IMG/VR virus record: IMGVR_UViG_3300045988_106519
Location: 51,386-115,385 of that record
Reading direction: 5' to 3' (one strand)
Length of the DNA stretch: 64,000 bases
Origin: a virus
Part shown: positions 55,756 through 64,000 of the stretch, piece after piece
How the letters are laid out: every line of letters starts with the position of its first letter
Position numbering within the stretch: the stretch's first letter is position 1
Notes under the pieces: model-generated
Database searches by the model: none
Seen by the model: the letters and a program-made list of their open reading frames with translations, nothing else
What the model was told of the DNA's origin: nothing
Program-made: the position numbers and the translations under genes

Positions 55756-58700
55756 TTAGCAATATTTGTGGAACTCATCAATAGCCTCATCCTCATTGAG
55801 GTCAAGACCTTTGTGCTTAAAGACCTTTTGAAGGAACTTACGGAACATCTTTTCTTTGTCCTTGATTTCCAAAGCAAGTTTTTCAGCACCTTCATGATCA
55901 AGCTTAGGATTCTGAAGCATAATCAAGTCAGCAATAGCAGAAAGATTCTTGACTTCCTCTGTCTTAGTGATGACTGGAGTTTTGACAGATTCTTCAGCAC
56001 TTAACTCTTGATGACTTTCAGTCTTTAAGTCTGTGGCAGACTCCTGTACAGTAGCTGTGATTTTATTCTCAGAAACACTTGAAGTGTCGCTTAAAGGATT
56101 GACAATCTCAGAAGTACTAATCTCAAGATACTCACCATTATTACCAAGAGGTTTTACTCTCTTAAAAGTAAGCTCATTTGGAGAAGAAGTTTCAAGATGC
56201 CAGAGATAAGTCTCCTTACCTACTTTTGTCTTCATGTAGGAGACATCTGTAAGATCAGCTATTTCTTCTGGTCTGTATACTCTAAGTTCACCAGTCTTGA
56301 GATTGACATTATAGTGAGTATCCTTACCACCTTTCCATGGAACAAGTTTAGTGTTATCCCAATTATTGCGGATGAATTGATTAATCACCAACTTAGGAAC
56401 AACAGTAGGGAAGTGTCTATAAGTGTCAACATAAGAAGCACCAGTATTTTCATTCATCAATCTTTCCTTGACATAAGTAGGAACCAATGCCATGAAAGTC
56501 TTAGGAGAAAAACCAATGCCAGCACGGAAGAAACTATAGTCAAACAACATCTTAGAGAGCTTAGGGTCAGCCTTATGAAGGTCAATCCAAGCACTACGAA
56601 GTTCCTCCTTACGCTGTTCATCCATACCAGTGATATTAATTGTAAGATAAGGATGTCCTGTCTTCTTAGAAACATTCATCCTAATGGCTTGAATAAGCTC
56701 ATTATTAGGAAATTCATCCTTGAAGTTCTGCTCCATAAACCACTTAGGGAATGCTGTTGCATAGTCCTTGAGATTCTTAGAGTCAATAACCCCAGACTGT
56801 ACAAGAAGATAAGACTGATAGAAGTTAGAGAACTGGTCAAGTAATTTCTTATCACCATACATCTTGTCAGCAATATCCTTTGGCAACTTAGCAAGCAAGT
56901 TTCTGAATCCAACACTGCCAGCAGGCATGTCAGAGAACAGAGACTTAGCTATATCAACAGTTCTTGCAAACTGCTTCAAGACAGGATGGTCAAAGAATAT
57001 GTCATCAATATCCACAGGAACATCATCAGCAGTGTAGAAGTGAGTACCATTATCAGTATTGGCATCAATAAACTGAGACATTTTGTGCTCAATTATAAGA
57101 TTGTCAATGATGAGTGGACCAACAGCACTGGAGATAGAATTGAATCTTGTAGCATAAGTAGGCTTACGCATAGCATCAGTAAGACTTCTCATCTTTTGGA
57201 AAGCAAGCAGTACTTTATAATCAGTAGCTTCATGCTCCTCAGAAGTAAGACCATTAACAAGTTCCTCAGTAGAAAGAGGTTCAGTGTTGATATTAGAAGA
57301 GTCACTGATATTATACTTCTGACGATAAGTGTCAAGCCACTTATTGATGAGACCATCAAGAGACACATAGTTAGTAAGATTATCCCTATTGAACTGACTA
57401 AGCAGACGCTCTATAACATCCTGAGATAGGAAGAGAGCAGCATCATTGAAAGTCATACCCAATCTCAACATAGTATTAAGCATACCAGCAGTAGTCATAT
57501 TGACATTCATAAGATTGAGGATAGGATCTTTCACAGCATCAGCAGAAGCAGATACAAGAGAACCAAGAGTCTTACCAATAAGAGTACCTTCACGGTCATA
57601 CTTCTGGTCTATCTGCATTCTACCACCAAAGGTAGTGCCAGCAATAGTGAAATCATCATTACCACAAATCTCAGATACATCAAGGAATATGTCATTACTC
57701 TCAAGAGTAGCATGAGCTACTTTATTGACAGCAAACACACCAATCAATGATGCAGCAGCAGAGTTCTGCTTATAGAACTGAACCTGAGTATCAGCAAATG
57801 TAAGGTCTTTGTCAGTATAAGACAACTTCTTGAGTTCATCAATAGACATACCTTGAAGAGCATTCCAAGAGATACCCTTATTAGCAGGATTCTTATAGGC
57901 AGCAACCATGTATCCCATCTTCTTAGGAGCATCAAAGCCACCAGGATTAAGAATCTTGTCAGCAGTCATCTGATTGGTAAGAACAGCATAAGTCATATCA
58001 ATAATCTTGTTATCTCTATATGTTCTACCAAAAGTAGGAGCATCAGTATAGTAAGCAACTTGTTGATATTGACCATAAAGCCATTGCATAAACTTATCAG
58101 TAAACTTCATCTTCTGAGGATTGTCAAGGAACATTCTTACCTGCTCACCAATCCATTGGTTGTTAGTTTTACCATTATGAGCCTTAGCATAACTTTCAGA
58201 AGCTCTCTTAAAGAGTTCATTTTCAATATCCTTCCTTCTTTTAGTCTTAATAGGTATGTCTTTACGCATGACATAACGCTTATCAACATCAAAGTCAGAA
58301 TCATCAATCTCAGTAAGCTCATAAGGAAGCATAATAGCATCACCAGCTTCACGAGGCATAAAACCAACAACCTTCATAGGAGCACAAGAGTACTTATCCT
58401 CAGTAGGAATACGGTAGCTAACCATTTTAAGAAGTTCTGGATCAACAGCATTGATAGCATCAACATTGATAGAACCATCAGCATTAGAGAACTTGTCAAA
58501 AAGTTCATTAGACCATATAGGACAGAACACTTCAAAGTAAGCAATACCACCTTGATTCTTCTTAAGATAGTCTTTATAAGAAAGATCATCATGTTCAGAG
58601 GGAACATACTCCTCCTCAAGAGGAATGAGATTACCCTGCTTATCATTGAATCTAATGTGAAGCTGCTTAGAAGTACCAAAATTAGACACCTGAACAATAG

Positions 58701-61700
58701 GACCACCAGCAATCTTCTGCTTGTTAATTCTGTTCTTAATAACAGAATTTATAAGCTGTTCAATGCGTTTAGCCTGTATAGGGTCACCTTTAGGTATTCT
58801 AAATTCACCAGTCTCCTTATCAATAGAACAAGCCTGTACAAGGTCAATGCCATAACGAGGAGAAGATAAAACTTCTCTTTGAAGAATCTTAGAAAGAGCA
58901 ATATTTCTCTCACGCTTATCCTCACTATTCAAGTGAAGTTCAGCAGAAAGATTATTAATACTCTCTTCAATATTATCAGCAATAGTCTGCTCATACTCCT
59001 TACGGAACTCATCAGCCTTCATTCTCTTGACAGTACCATCAGGTTCAGTCCACTCATAGAAGTTATCCACTTGCTGACCATTCTCATCAATAGTGAAGAG
59101 GTCAAGGTCAGAGGGAGTAATCATTCTAATCTGAGAACCATGAGCCTGAGAATGCTCCTTGAAATGTTCAGGAACCTCCTGCTGAAGACAATAATCTTCA
59201 AAAGAAGTCTCATGTACAAAGGTATTAGTGTTATAGTTCTTATAAATTCTTTCACCTGTAGCATCAGTTTCTTCCTTGAAGATTTGATTCATCATAAAGG
59301 TATAGGCAGCATCCTCACCACCTTCCATATCTCTGAACTGATAGATATTCATCTTGCCTTGAAGACCAGACTTGATGGAAGATTCAAACTGAACAGTATC
59401 AATGCCTTTAGTAGGCATAAGACGTTCAGAGTCTTCCATTACTTTATAGACAGCTCTAAGAAGATTAGGACGAGAAAGCTTTTCACCTTTAAGGATAGCA
59501 TCAGCCATGATAAGAAGATACTCAGCATTCTTAGCTTGGAAAGGTACTTGCATACTGTGAATAGGAGCATTATCTACACCCATATCCTTAGTAAGTTTAG
59601 AATACACAAAAGGCTTGAGAGGCTGGAAAGCAGTCTCAAGGTCAGTATATGTGTATTCACCTTTAAGCATTTTTTGATAAATATCCTCAGCATGACGAGA
59701 CCATTTGCCAAAGATGTAAGCCTTCTTTCTGTAAGAAGAAGGAGAGGAATAGCCTTGAGCATCAGTGACATTAATATTAGTGTACTTACCATCCTTGCCA
59801 ACAAGAGACTCCTTGAGAGCAATCATTGCAGCCTTCTGATTGTCAGGGGCAGCAGCAATTCTGCGGTCAAATACCTCTGTGATATTAGCTATGATGTTAG
59901 ACTTGAAAGAATCAAAGTCTTGCAAGATGAAAGTTCTGTACTTACCATCAGACACTCTATTACCATCATAATCAATAGCGTTAATATTACCTCTGACACC
60001 AGGAGCATGAAGCTGAGCAAGACGTTTCTGCAAATCCTCAGTATCTTTGTAGAAAGCAATGTCAGAGAGAGTGAGTTGAAGAATATTCTTAGATGCAAAA
60101 GAATCATTCCAAAGGAAGTTCTCCACTTGCTTTCTAACCCAATCATTGATTACACCCTCTCTTTCCTCATTCTTTATGTTTGAAGAATTATCAAACTCAG
60201 AAGGATATATGTCCTTAATGTTCTTTGCAGCCTCAAGAATACCATTGCTTTCCCATGTATCAAGGATAGACTGTACTCTGTTCTCCATAGACTGACGGAT
60301 AACCCTTTCAGCAAGCTTACTAAGCTCAACCTCTTCATCAGGAGTAAGATTAATCTCACCATTGACCTTCTTCTGAAGAAGAGAAGCAAACCTATTATTG
60401 TCAGAAGATACAGAGCCATCCTCATTACGGAGAATAGTTCTCTTGGAAACAGCACTCTCTTCAAGATAGCTATTGAATACAGGAAGGAAGTTGAACTTAC
60501 GACCATTAGTATCAAAGTTCTTAATGAATCCAGGGTCATTCTTAGACATGTTTCTTCTAAGGACAGTCTGTATTCTACTAATCTCTTGTAGGAACATGTT
60601 ATGAAGACCATTAACAATAGCATTCTTATAACCGTCACCTCTATAAGAGTAGAACTTGATGAACTCAGAAGAAGGCTTATTAGATTGCATGGGCACTCTA
60701 TACCAAGCAGGAACTCTATCTTCAACTTTTGCACTCTCAGAGAAGTATTCAGTGATGAGAGAAAGAGTATATTCAGCATCACTCATATTGCGCATATAGT
60801 TATGCTTATTGAAGTTAAGCTCAACCTTATGGTCAAACACCTTACGAGCATTCTCATCTCTTGCAAGAAGTCTGAGCCACTCATTACGCCAACCCTTAGT
60901 AATATCACCATCACCAGCACCAAACTTAAACCATTCAGAAGAGCCATACTCATCAAGAATGAAATCCTCAAAAGCCTGACCTTCCTGACGGAACTTGTTA
61001 AAGAGCTTAGTCATGAATGAAGGAGTGACATAAGACTGATACATTTTACCACTATCATAGAAAGCATTGACAGCAGTATCCTCAAGCTTATCAGTAATAG
61101 GAGTGAGGAAGTTTTTCACAGAACCATCAATAGAATACTCACCTTTAAATTTGAAAGGATTGTACTTTTTAAGTTCTCCAGATTCTTGTTTCTGTAAAGC
61201 CTCATTTAAGTCATCTACCATAAACTTAAGATACTTTGTAATCTTGTGAATATTCTCAGCATTGACAACATCAGTAAGCAAGTCTTCAGTGACATTATAT
61301 CCTAAGACCTTACAAACAGCTATGATATTATCAGATGCAACCTTAGACATTTTATCATCAAGAGTATTGCCCTGCTTAATAGACTTATCTATATTCTGAA
61401 GTTCAGACAATGCCTTATGAAGAGTGAAGTCATTGCTAACAGAGTTAGCAGAACCAAGCAACTTAGTGTTAACCTTACCATTAATGCCAAAGAGAGGATG
61501 TTCTCCAATCTTGAATTGAGAAGTGATAGTATTCATCACATCTGTAAGAGCAGGATGACTATTAACAGCTATACTATGATACTTACCATCTTCAAGAAGA
61601 ACAACAGAGTAAGGTTGGAAATGCTTAGAGAACACTCCATAGAATTGGCTTTGGAAGTCAGTTTCACTACCACTCTTGTCAGACAATCTCTGAACAAGCT

Positions 61701-64000
61701 GAGAGAGCCAAGGGTTCTGAGACTGCTTGTCAGAGAGTTTCTTAACCATAGCATCAAGAGATAAGGAGCCTTGAGTCCAACGGAGAATACTATTTACAGC
61801 TTCACGAGGATTAACACGCTCTGCAATACCCCATTTACTCATAACCTTACTACTATCAGCATTAAGAAGATAACACTCATGAATGCCTTGTCTAACAAGA
61901 GCAGACATAGAGTTAAGAACATCAATAGTACGGTTTTCTATCTGCCAATGCTCTTGATCATCCTTCTCACCTTCCTCAGCAGCAATATCCTGGTCATTGG
62001 AATAGTCATTGAAGTTGTCATAGTCAATATAAGAATCACCAGTAGTAGTAAAGTTACCCTTAGAGAAATCCTTAGCAATACCAAAGCCTTCGTTCATAGC
62101 AAAGACATCAGCAGCAAGATACATGATAGCATCCCAGTTGTCAAAGATAAGGTCAGCTTGGAAACTGATACCATTTTCATCATCCTTATAGGAATCCCAG
62201 TTAGCTTCAGTATCAAATATAGACTTAACACTATCAATAAGACGGTTGATACCAACAGCCTCAACAATTTGCTTTCTTGAGGCAGATTGAAAGTCAAGGT
62301 CAGTCTTAAGGGTAGGGAATAGCTTTTCAGCAAGACCCTCTTCCTTTTGAAGCTTTGTTATTGAGTCAGAAATTTCATTGGCCACAAGTTCAGCAGTATG
62401 ACGAATCTCAGATGCAGAAAGATGTTCTATACCAAGTTCATCAAGATGATACACCTCACCATCAGACTCCAAGTCTTGATTGCCAAGAAGATTGTCAATC
62501 TGACGATTAAGTTTATCATACTCATCAAGAGTCTTTTCAACTTGCTTCTTTTCAGAGTTCTTAGACTCTTGAAGATACTCTTTTTCACTTGTAGATTGTA
62601 GAATGTTGTCCATGTGATTAATAATGTTTTGATTATCCTCTATAGAGTTTTCATCAGAGATTTGAGCATCAAGTTCCTTAAGATAAGGAATTTTCCAGGC
62701 AGCATCTACTGGTGTGTCCTCATAGAGGTCATTAAAGTATTCATAACTTGGAAGAAAAACTGTTGAAGGCTCTTCCTTAGTAGAGGTGGGAGGGGTGGTA
62801 GGTTTTGTAGGAGGTGTAGGGACAGTAGGGGTAGTGGGTTGAGTTTCTTTTGAAGGATTATCATAGAAATCTCCATCAATGACGTTGTATTGTCTTTCTC
62901 CATTGACAATCCTTACAAGCACATTCTGAGGCTTCAAGTCTTGTAGGAGATAGTCTTCTGTTTTGTAGGATGTGTTTCCTATGACAGAAGGGTCTTTTTC
63001 AGCATTAAACCTTTCTTTTACAAAAGAATCAATCTCTTCTTGAGAAGCATAAGCACCCTCCATAAAAGGTTGCTCAATAATAATAGAAAACTCATCATCA
63101 CCATTGCCAAAGCCTACAACTTTCATTGCAGTCTCAGGGAACAATGTATTGTGCAGTTCTATAGACCTTAGAGCATCAGAGACAGTATTGTAGCCAGTAA
63201 TACTGCGAGACTTGATAACAGTGTCTTTATCTTTTCTGTATACCCATGCCTCACTGCCATGACCAATTCTACCGCCATACTTCTTCTCTAATTTTGTGTC
63301 TACATTATCTGCCCATTTTCCTTGTTCCTTGGCGAATTTTTCAAGAGATTCTCTGTCTTCTTGGTTTCTTTTGTCGATGTCTTCCTGAGAGAGAACTCCT
63401 TGTTCCTGAGTTTCTCGTAGGTTTCCATCTCCTCTCTGGATTCTGGCTTGTGACTCAGCAAGTAATCCTCCATCGCTTGTCTGTTGTTTTCCTGCAACAG
63501 TTTCTGCATTTCTTGTATTGTTGCTTTCATTGTTTTCTGTTTTATTATTGGAACGTGAATTATCCTCTTTTATTGTAGTATCTTTGTGTAAAGGAGAACC
63601 TTCCTTCTTGACATTGTTAGACACAATGGTAACTGTGTCAGTGGCTCTGGAGACACCTACATATTCAAGCTGTTGCTTGAGATTGATAGTTTGAGTAGGT
63701 GCTGTATGTTTAGTGGGTTCAGTAAAAGATGTAGAGAAATTATTTGAAAATCCCAAATCAACATCTTCTGCATCTCCAGTGAAATTAGCACTTGAAGCTA
63801 CGTTATTATCTACTTCACCAAGGTCAACAACTTCCATAGCATTGTTACTATTAAGACCAGCTCTTGAAATGTCAACATCATCAATAAGAACATTGGTAAA
63901 GGTAGAGCCTTGAGACTTATGAACAGTCATGGCATAGCCAAAGTCAATGGTCTTAGCTTGAAGAAGGTTGTGATTACTGTCCTCAATATTATCGTTGACA
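55756..64000 (-). CDS. giant multidomain protein (>2,747 aa, N-terminus outside the window): SF1 helicase C-terminus + kinase-like core + beta-prime-like single-chain RNA polymerase
   Basis: The frame stays open from 64000 to the stop at 55756. Motifs seen: YAMTVHKSQGSTF / YVGVSRATDTVTIV (helicase); GHGSEAWV..VIK..DLKPQNVLV..DGDF (kinase-like); SYRIPTEDKYS...GDAIMLPYELTEIDDSDFDVDKRY (DPBB with DxDxD). Confidence 0.65.
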   Translation of the reverse strand, partial: VNDNIEDSNHNLLQAKTIDFGYAMTVHKSQGSTFTNVLIDDVDISRAGLNSNNAMEVVDLGEVDNNVASSANFTGDAEDVDLGFSNNFSTSFTEPTKHTAPTQTINLKQQLEYVGVSRATDTVTIVSNNVKKEGSPLHKDTTIKEDNSRSNNKTENNESNNTRNAETVAGKQQTSDGGLLAESQARIQRGDGNLRETQEQGVLSQEDIDKRNQEDRESLEKFAKEQGKWADNVDTKLEKKYGGRIGHGSEAWVYRKDKDTVIKSRSITGYNTVSDALRSIELHNTLFPETAMKVVGFGNGDDEFSIIIEQPFMEGAYASQEEIDSFVKERFNAEKDPSVIGNTSYKTEDYLLQDLKPQNVLVRIVNGERQYNVIDGDFYDNPSKETQPTTPTVPTPPTKPTTPPTSTKEEPSTVFLPSYEYFNDLYEDTPVDAAWKIPYLKELDAQISDENSIEDNQNIINHMDNILQSTSEKEYLQESKNSEKKQVEKTLDEYDKLNRQIDNLLGNQDLESDGEVYHLDELGIEHLSASEIRHTAELVANEISDSITKLQKEEGLAEKLFPTLKTDLDFQSASRKQIVEAVGINRLIDSVKSIFDTEANWDSYKDDENGISFQADLIFDNWDAIMYLAADVFAMNEGFGIAKDFSKGNFTTTGDSYIDYDNFNDYSNDQDIAAEEGEKDDQEHWQIENRTIDVLNSMSALVRQGIHECYLLNADSSKVMSKWGIAERVNPREAVNSILRWTQGSLSLDAMVKKLSDKQSQNPWLSQLVQRLSDKSGSETDFQSQFYGVFSKHFQPYSVVLLEDGKYHSIAVNSHPALTDVMNTITSQFKIGEHPLFGINGKVNTKLLGSANSVSNDFTLHKALSELQNIDKSIKQGNTLDDKMSKVASDNIIAVCKVLGYNVTEDLLTDVVNAENIHKITKYLKFMVDDLNEALQKQESGELKKYNPFKFKGEYSIDGSVKNFLTPITDKLEDTAVNAFYDSGKMYQSYVTPSFMTKLFNKFRQEGQAFEDFILDEYGSSEWFKFGAGDGDITKGWRNEWLRLLARDENARKVFDHKVELNFNKHNYMRNMSDAEYTLSLITEYFSESAKVEDRVPAWYRVPMQSNKPSSEFIKFYSYRGDGYKNAIVNGLHNMFLQEISRIQTVLRRNMSKNDPGFIKNFDTNGRKFNFLPVFNSYLEESAVSKRTILRNEDGSVSSDNNRFASLLQKKVNGEINLTPDEEVELSKLAERVIRQSMENRVQSILDTWESNGILEAAKNIKDIYPSEFDNSSNIKNEEREGVINDWVRKQVENFLWNDSFASKNILQLTLSDIAFYKDTEDLQKRLAQLHAPGVRGNINAIDYDGNRVSDGKYRTFILQDFDSFKSNIIANITEVFDRRIAAAPDNQKAAMIALKESLVGKDGKYTNINVTDAQGYSSPSSYRKKAYIFGKWSRHAEDIYQKMLKGEYTYTDLETAFQPLKPFVYSKLTKDMGVDNAPIHSMQVPFQAKNAEYLLIMADAILKGEKLSRPNLLRAVYKVMEDSERLMPTKGIDTVQFESSIKSGLQGKMNIYQFRDMEGGEDAAYTFMMNQIFKEETDATGERIYKNYNTNTFVHETSFEDYCLQQEVPEHFKEHSQAHGSQIRMITPSDLDLFTIDENGQQVDNFYEWTEPDGTVKRMKADEFRKEYEQTIADNIEESINNLSAELHLNSEDKRERNIALSKILQREVLSSPRYGIDLVQACSIDKETGEFRIPKGDPIQAKRIEQLINSVIKNRINKQKIAGGPIVQVSNFGTSKQLHIRFNDKQGNLIPLEEEYVPSEHDDLSYKDYLKKNQGGIAYFEVFCPIWSNELFDKFSNADGSINVDAINAVDPELLKMVSYRIPTEDKYSCAPMKVVGFMPREAGDAIMLPYELTEIDDSDFDVDKRYVMRKDIPIKTKRRKDIENELFKRASESYAKAHNGKTNNQWIGEQVRMFLDNPQKMKFTDKFMQWLYGQYQQVAYYTDAPTFGRTYRDNKIIDMTYAVLTNQMTADKILNPGGFDAPKKMGYMVAAYKNPANKGISWNALQGMSIDELKKLSYTDKDLTFADTQVQFYKQNSAAASLIGVFAVNKVAHATLESNDIFLDVSEICGNDDFTIAGTTFGGRMQIDQKYDREGTLIGKTLGSLVSASADAVKDPILNLMNVNMTTAGMLNTMLRLGMTFNDAALFLSQDVIERLLSQFNRDNLTNYVSLDGLINKWLDTYRQKYNISDSSNINTEPLSTEELVNGLTSEEHEATDYKVLLAFQKMRSLTDAMRKPTYATRFNSISSAVGPLIIDNLIIEHKMSQFIDANTDNGTHFYTADDVPVDIDDIFFDHPVLKQFARTVDIAKSLFSDMPAGSVGFRNLLAKLPKDIADKMYGDKKLLDQFSNFYQSYLLVQSGVIDSKNLKDYATAFPKWFMEQNFKDEFPNNELIQAIRMNVSKKTGHPYLTINITGMDEQRKEELRSAWIDLHKADPKLSKMLFDYSFFRAGIGFSPKTFMALVPTYVKERLMNENTGASYVDTYRHFPTVVPKLVINQFIRNNWDNTKLVPWKGGKDTHYNVNLKTGELRVYRPEEIADLTDVSYMKTKVGKETYLWHLETSSPNELTFKRVKPLGNNGEYLEISTSEIVNPLSDTSSVSENKITATVQESATDLKTESHQELSAEESVKTPVITKTEEVKNLSAIADLIMLQNPKLDHEGAEKLALEIKDKEKMFRKFLQKVFKHKGLDLNEDEAIDEFHKYC

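Noticed and set aside
56197-62601. A chain of long plus-strand ORFs (up to 338 and 434 aa) inside the giant minus-strand gene.
   Set aside because: All start at positions congruent to 1 mod 3, the codon-aligned antisense frame of the giant gene. Their products are low-complexity I/L/S/K/R/N strings. The open frame is explained by the gene's strong NNT codon bias, which makes TTA, CTA and TCA (antisense stops) rare. They are shadow ORFs.
1-64000. CRISPR arrays, diversity-generating retroelement (RT plus template/variable repeats), transposase/IS elements, rRNA.
   Set aside because: No regularly spaced direct repeats with unique spacers were seen. No reverse-transcriptase-like or transposase-like ORF was seen, and no long near-identical repeat pair in the fibre genes.
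1-64000. Stop-codon reassignment (TAG or TGA recoding, as reported in some crAss-like lineages).
   Set aside because: All large genes, up to 2.4-2.7 thousand codons, are uninterrupted under the standard code, and gene density is normal.

Overview
The window looks like one continuous tailed-phage genome segment with no host flanks. It is AT-rich, more than 90% coding, and carries Bacteroidota-type TAnnTTTG -7 promoter boxes. All functions below come from motif and pattern recognition only; no homology search was run.

Layout:
- 1-4.8 kb: accessory and lysogeny module. It holds a DUF5675-like wall hydrolase, an HExxH membrane protein, a tyrosine integrase, and a tRNA-Arg(UCU)-like sequence lacking a pairable 5' acceptor strand (probable attP).
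- 5.2-7.5 kb: small early-type genes, including HU/IHF-like and GroES-like proteins.
- 7.6-55.7 kb: a long plus-strand virion block. In order it encodes TerL, an acidic scaffold-like protein, a 507-aa capsid candidate, paralogous neck-like proteins, a 329-aa abundant-protein candidate, proteins of 1428, 1112, 1298 and 2453 aa, a 4-5 gene tail-fibre cassette, the portal, and a GH24-like lysozyme.
- Two minus-strand islands interrupt this block: 29.1-30.4 kb (paralogous unknown-domain proteins) and 47.0-48.0 kb (a membrane-anchored LuxR-type regulator next to an Xis-like HTH).
- 55.8-64.0 kb: a single minus-strand ORF of more than 2,747 codons that runs off the window. It combines an SF1-helicase C-terminus, a protein-kinase-like core, a Pro/Thr linker and a beta-prime-like RNA polymerase active-site motif (DFDVD). 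This fits a crAss-like or YonO-like single-chain RNAP, but in a fusion I do not recognise.

Other observations: a recurrent intergenic GTAAAAA/GAGTTAAG module, duplicated promoters flanking the integration module, short shared peptide motifs, and gene-specific codon-usage classes.
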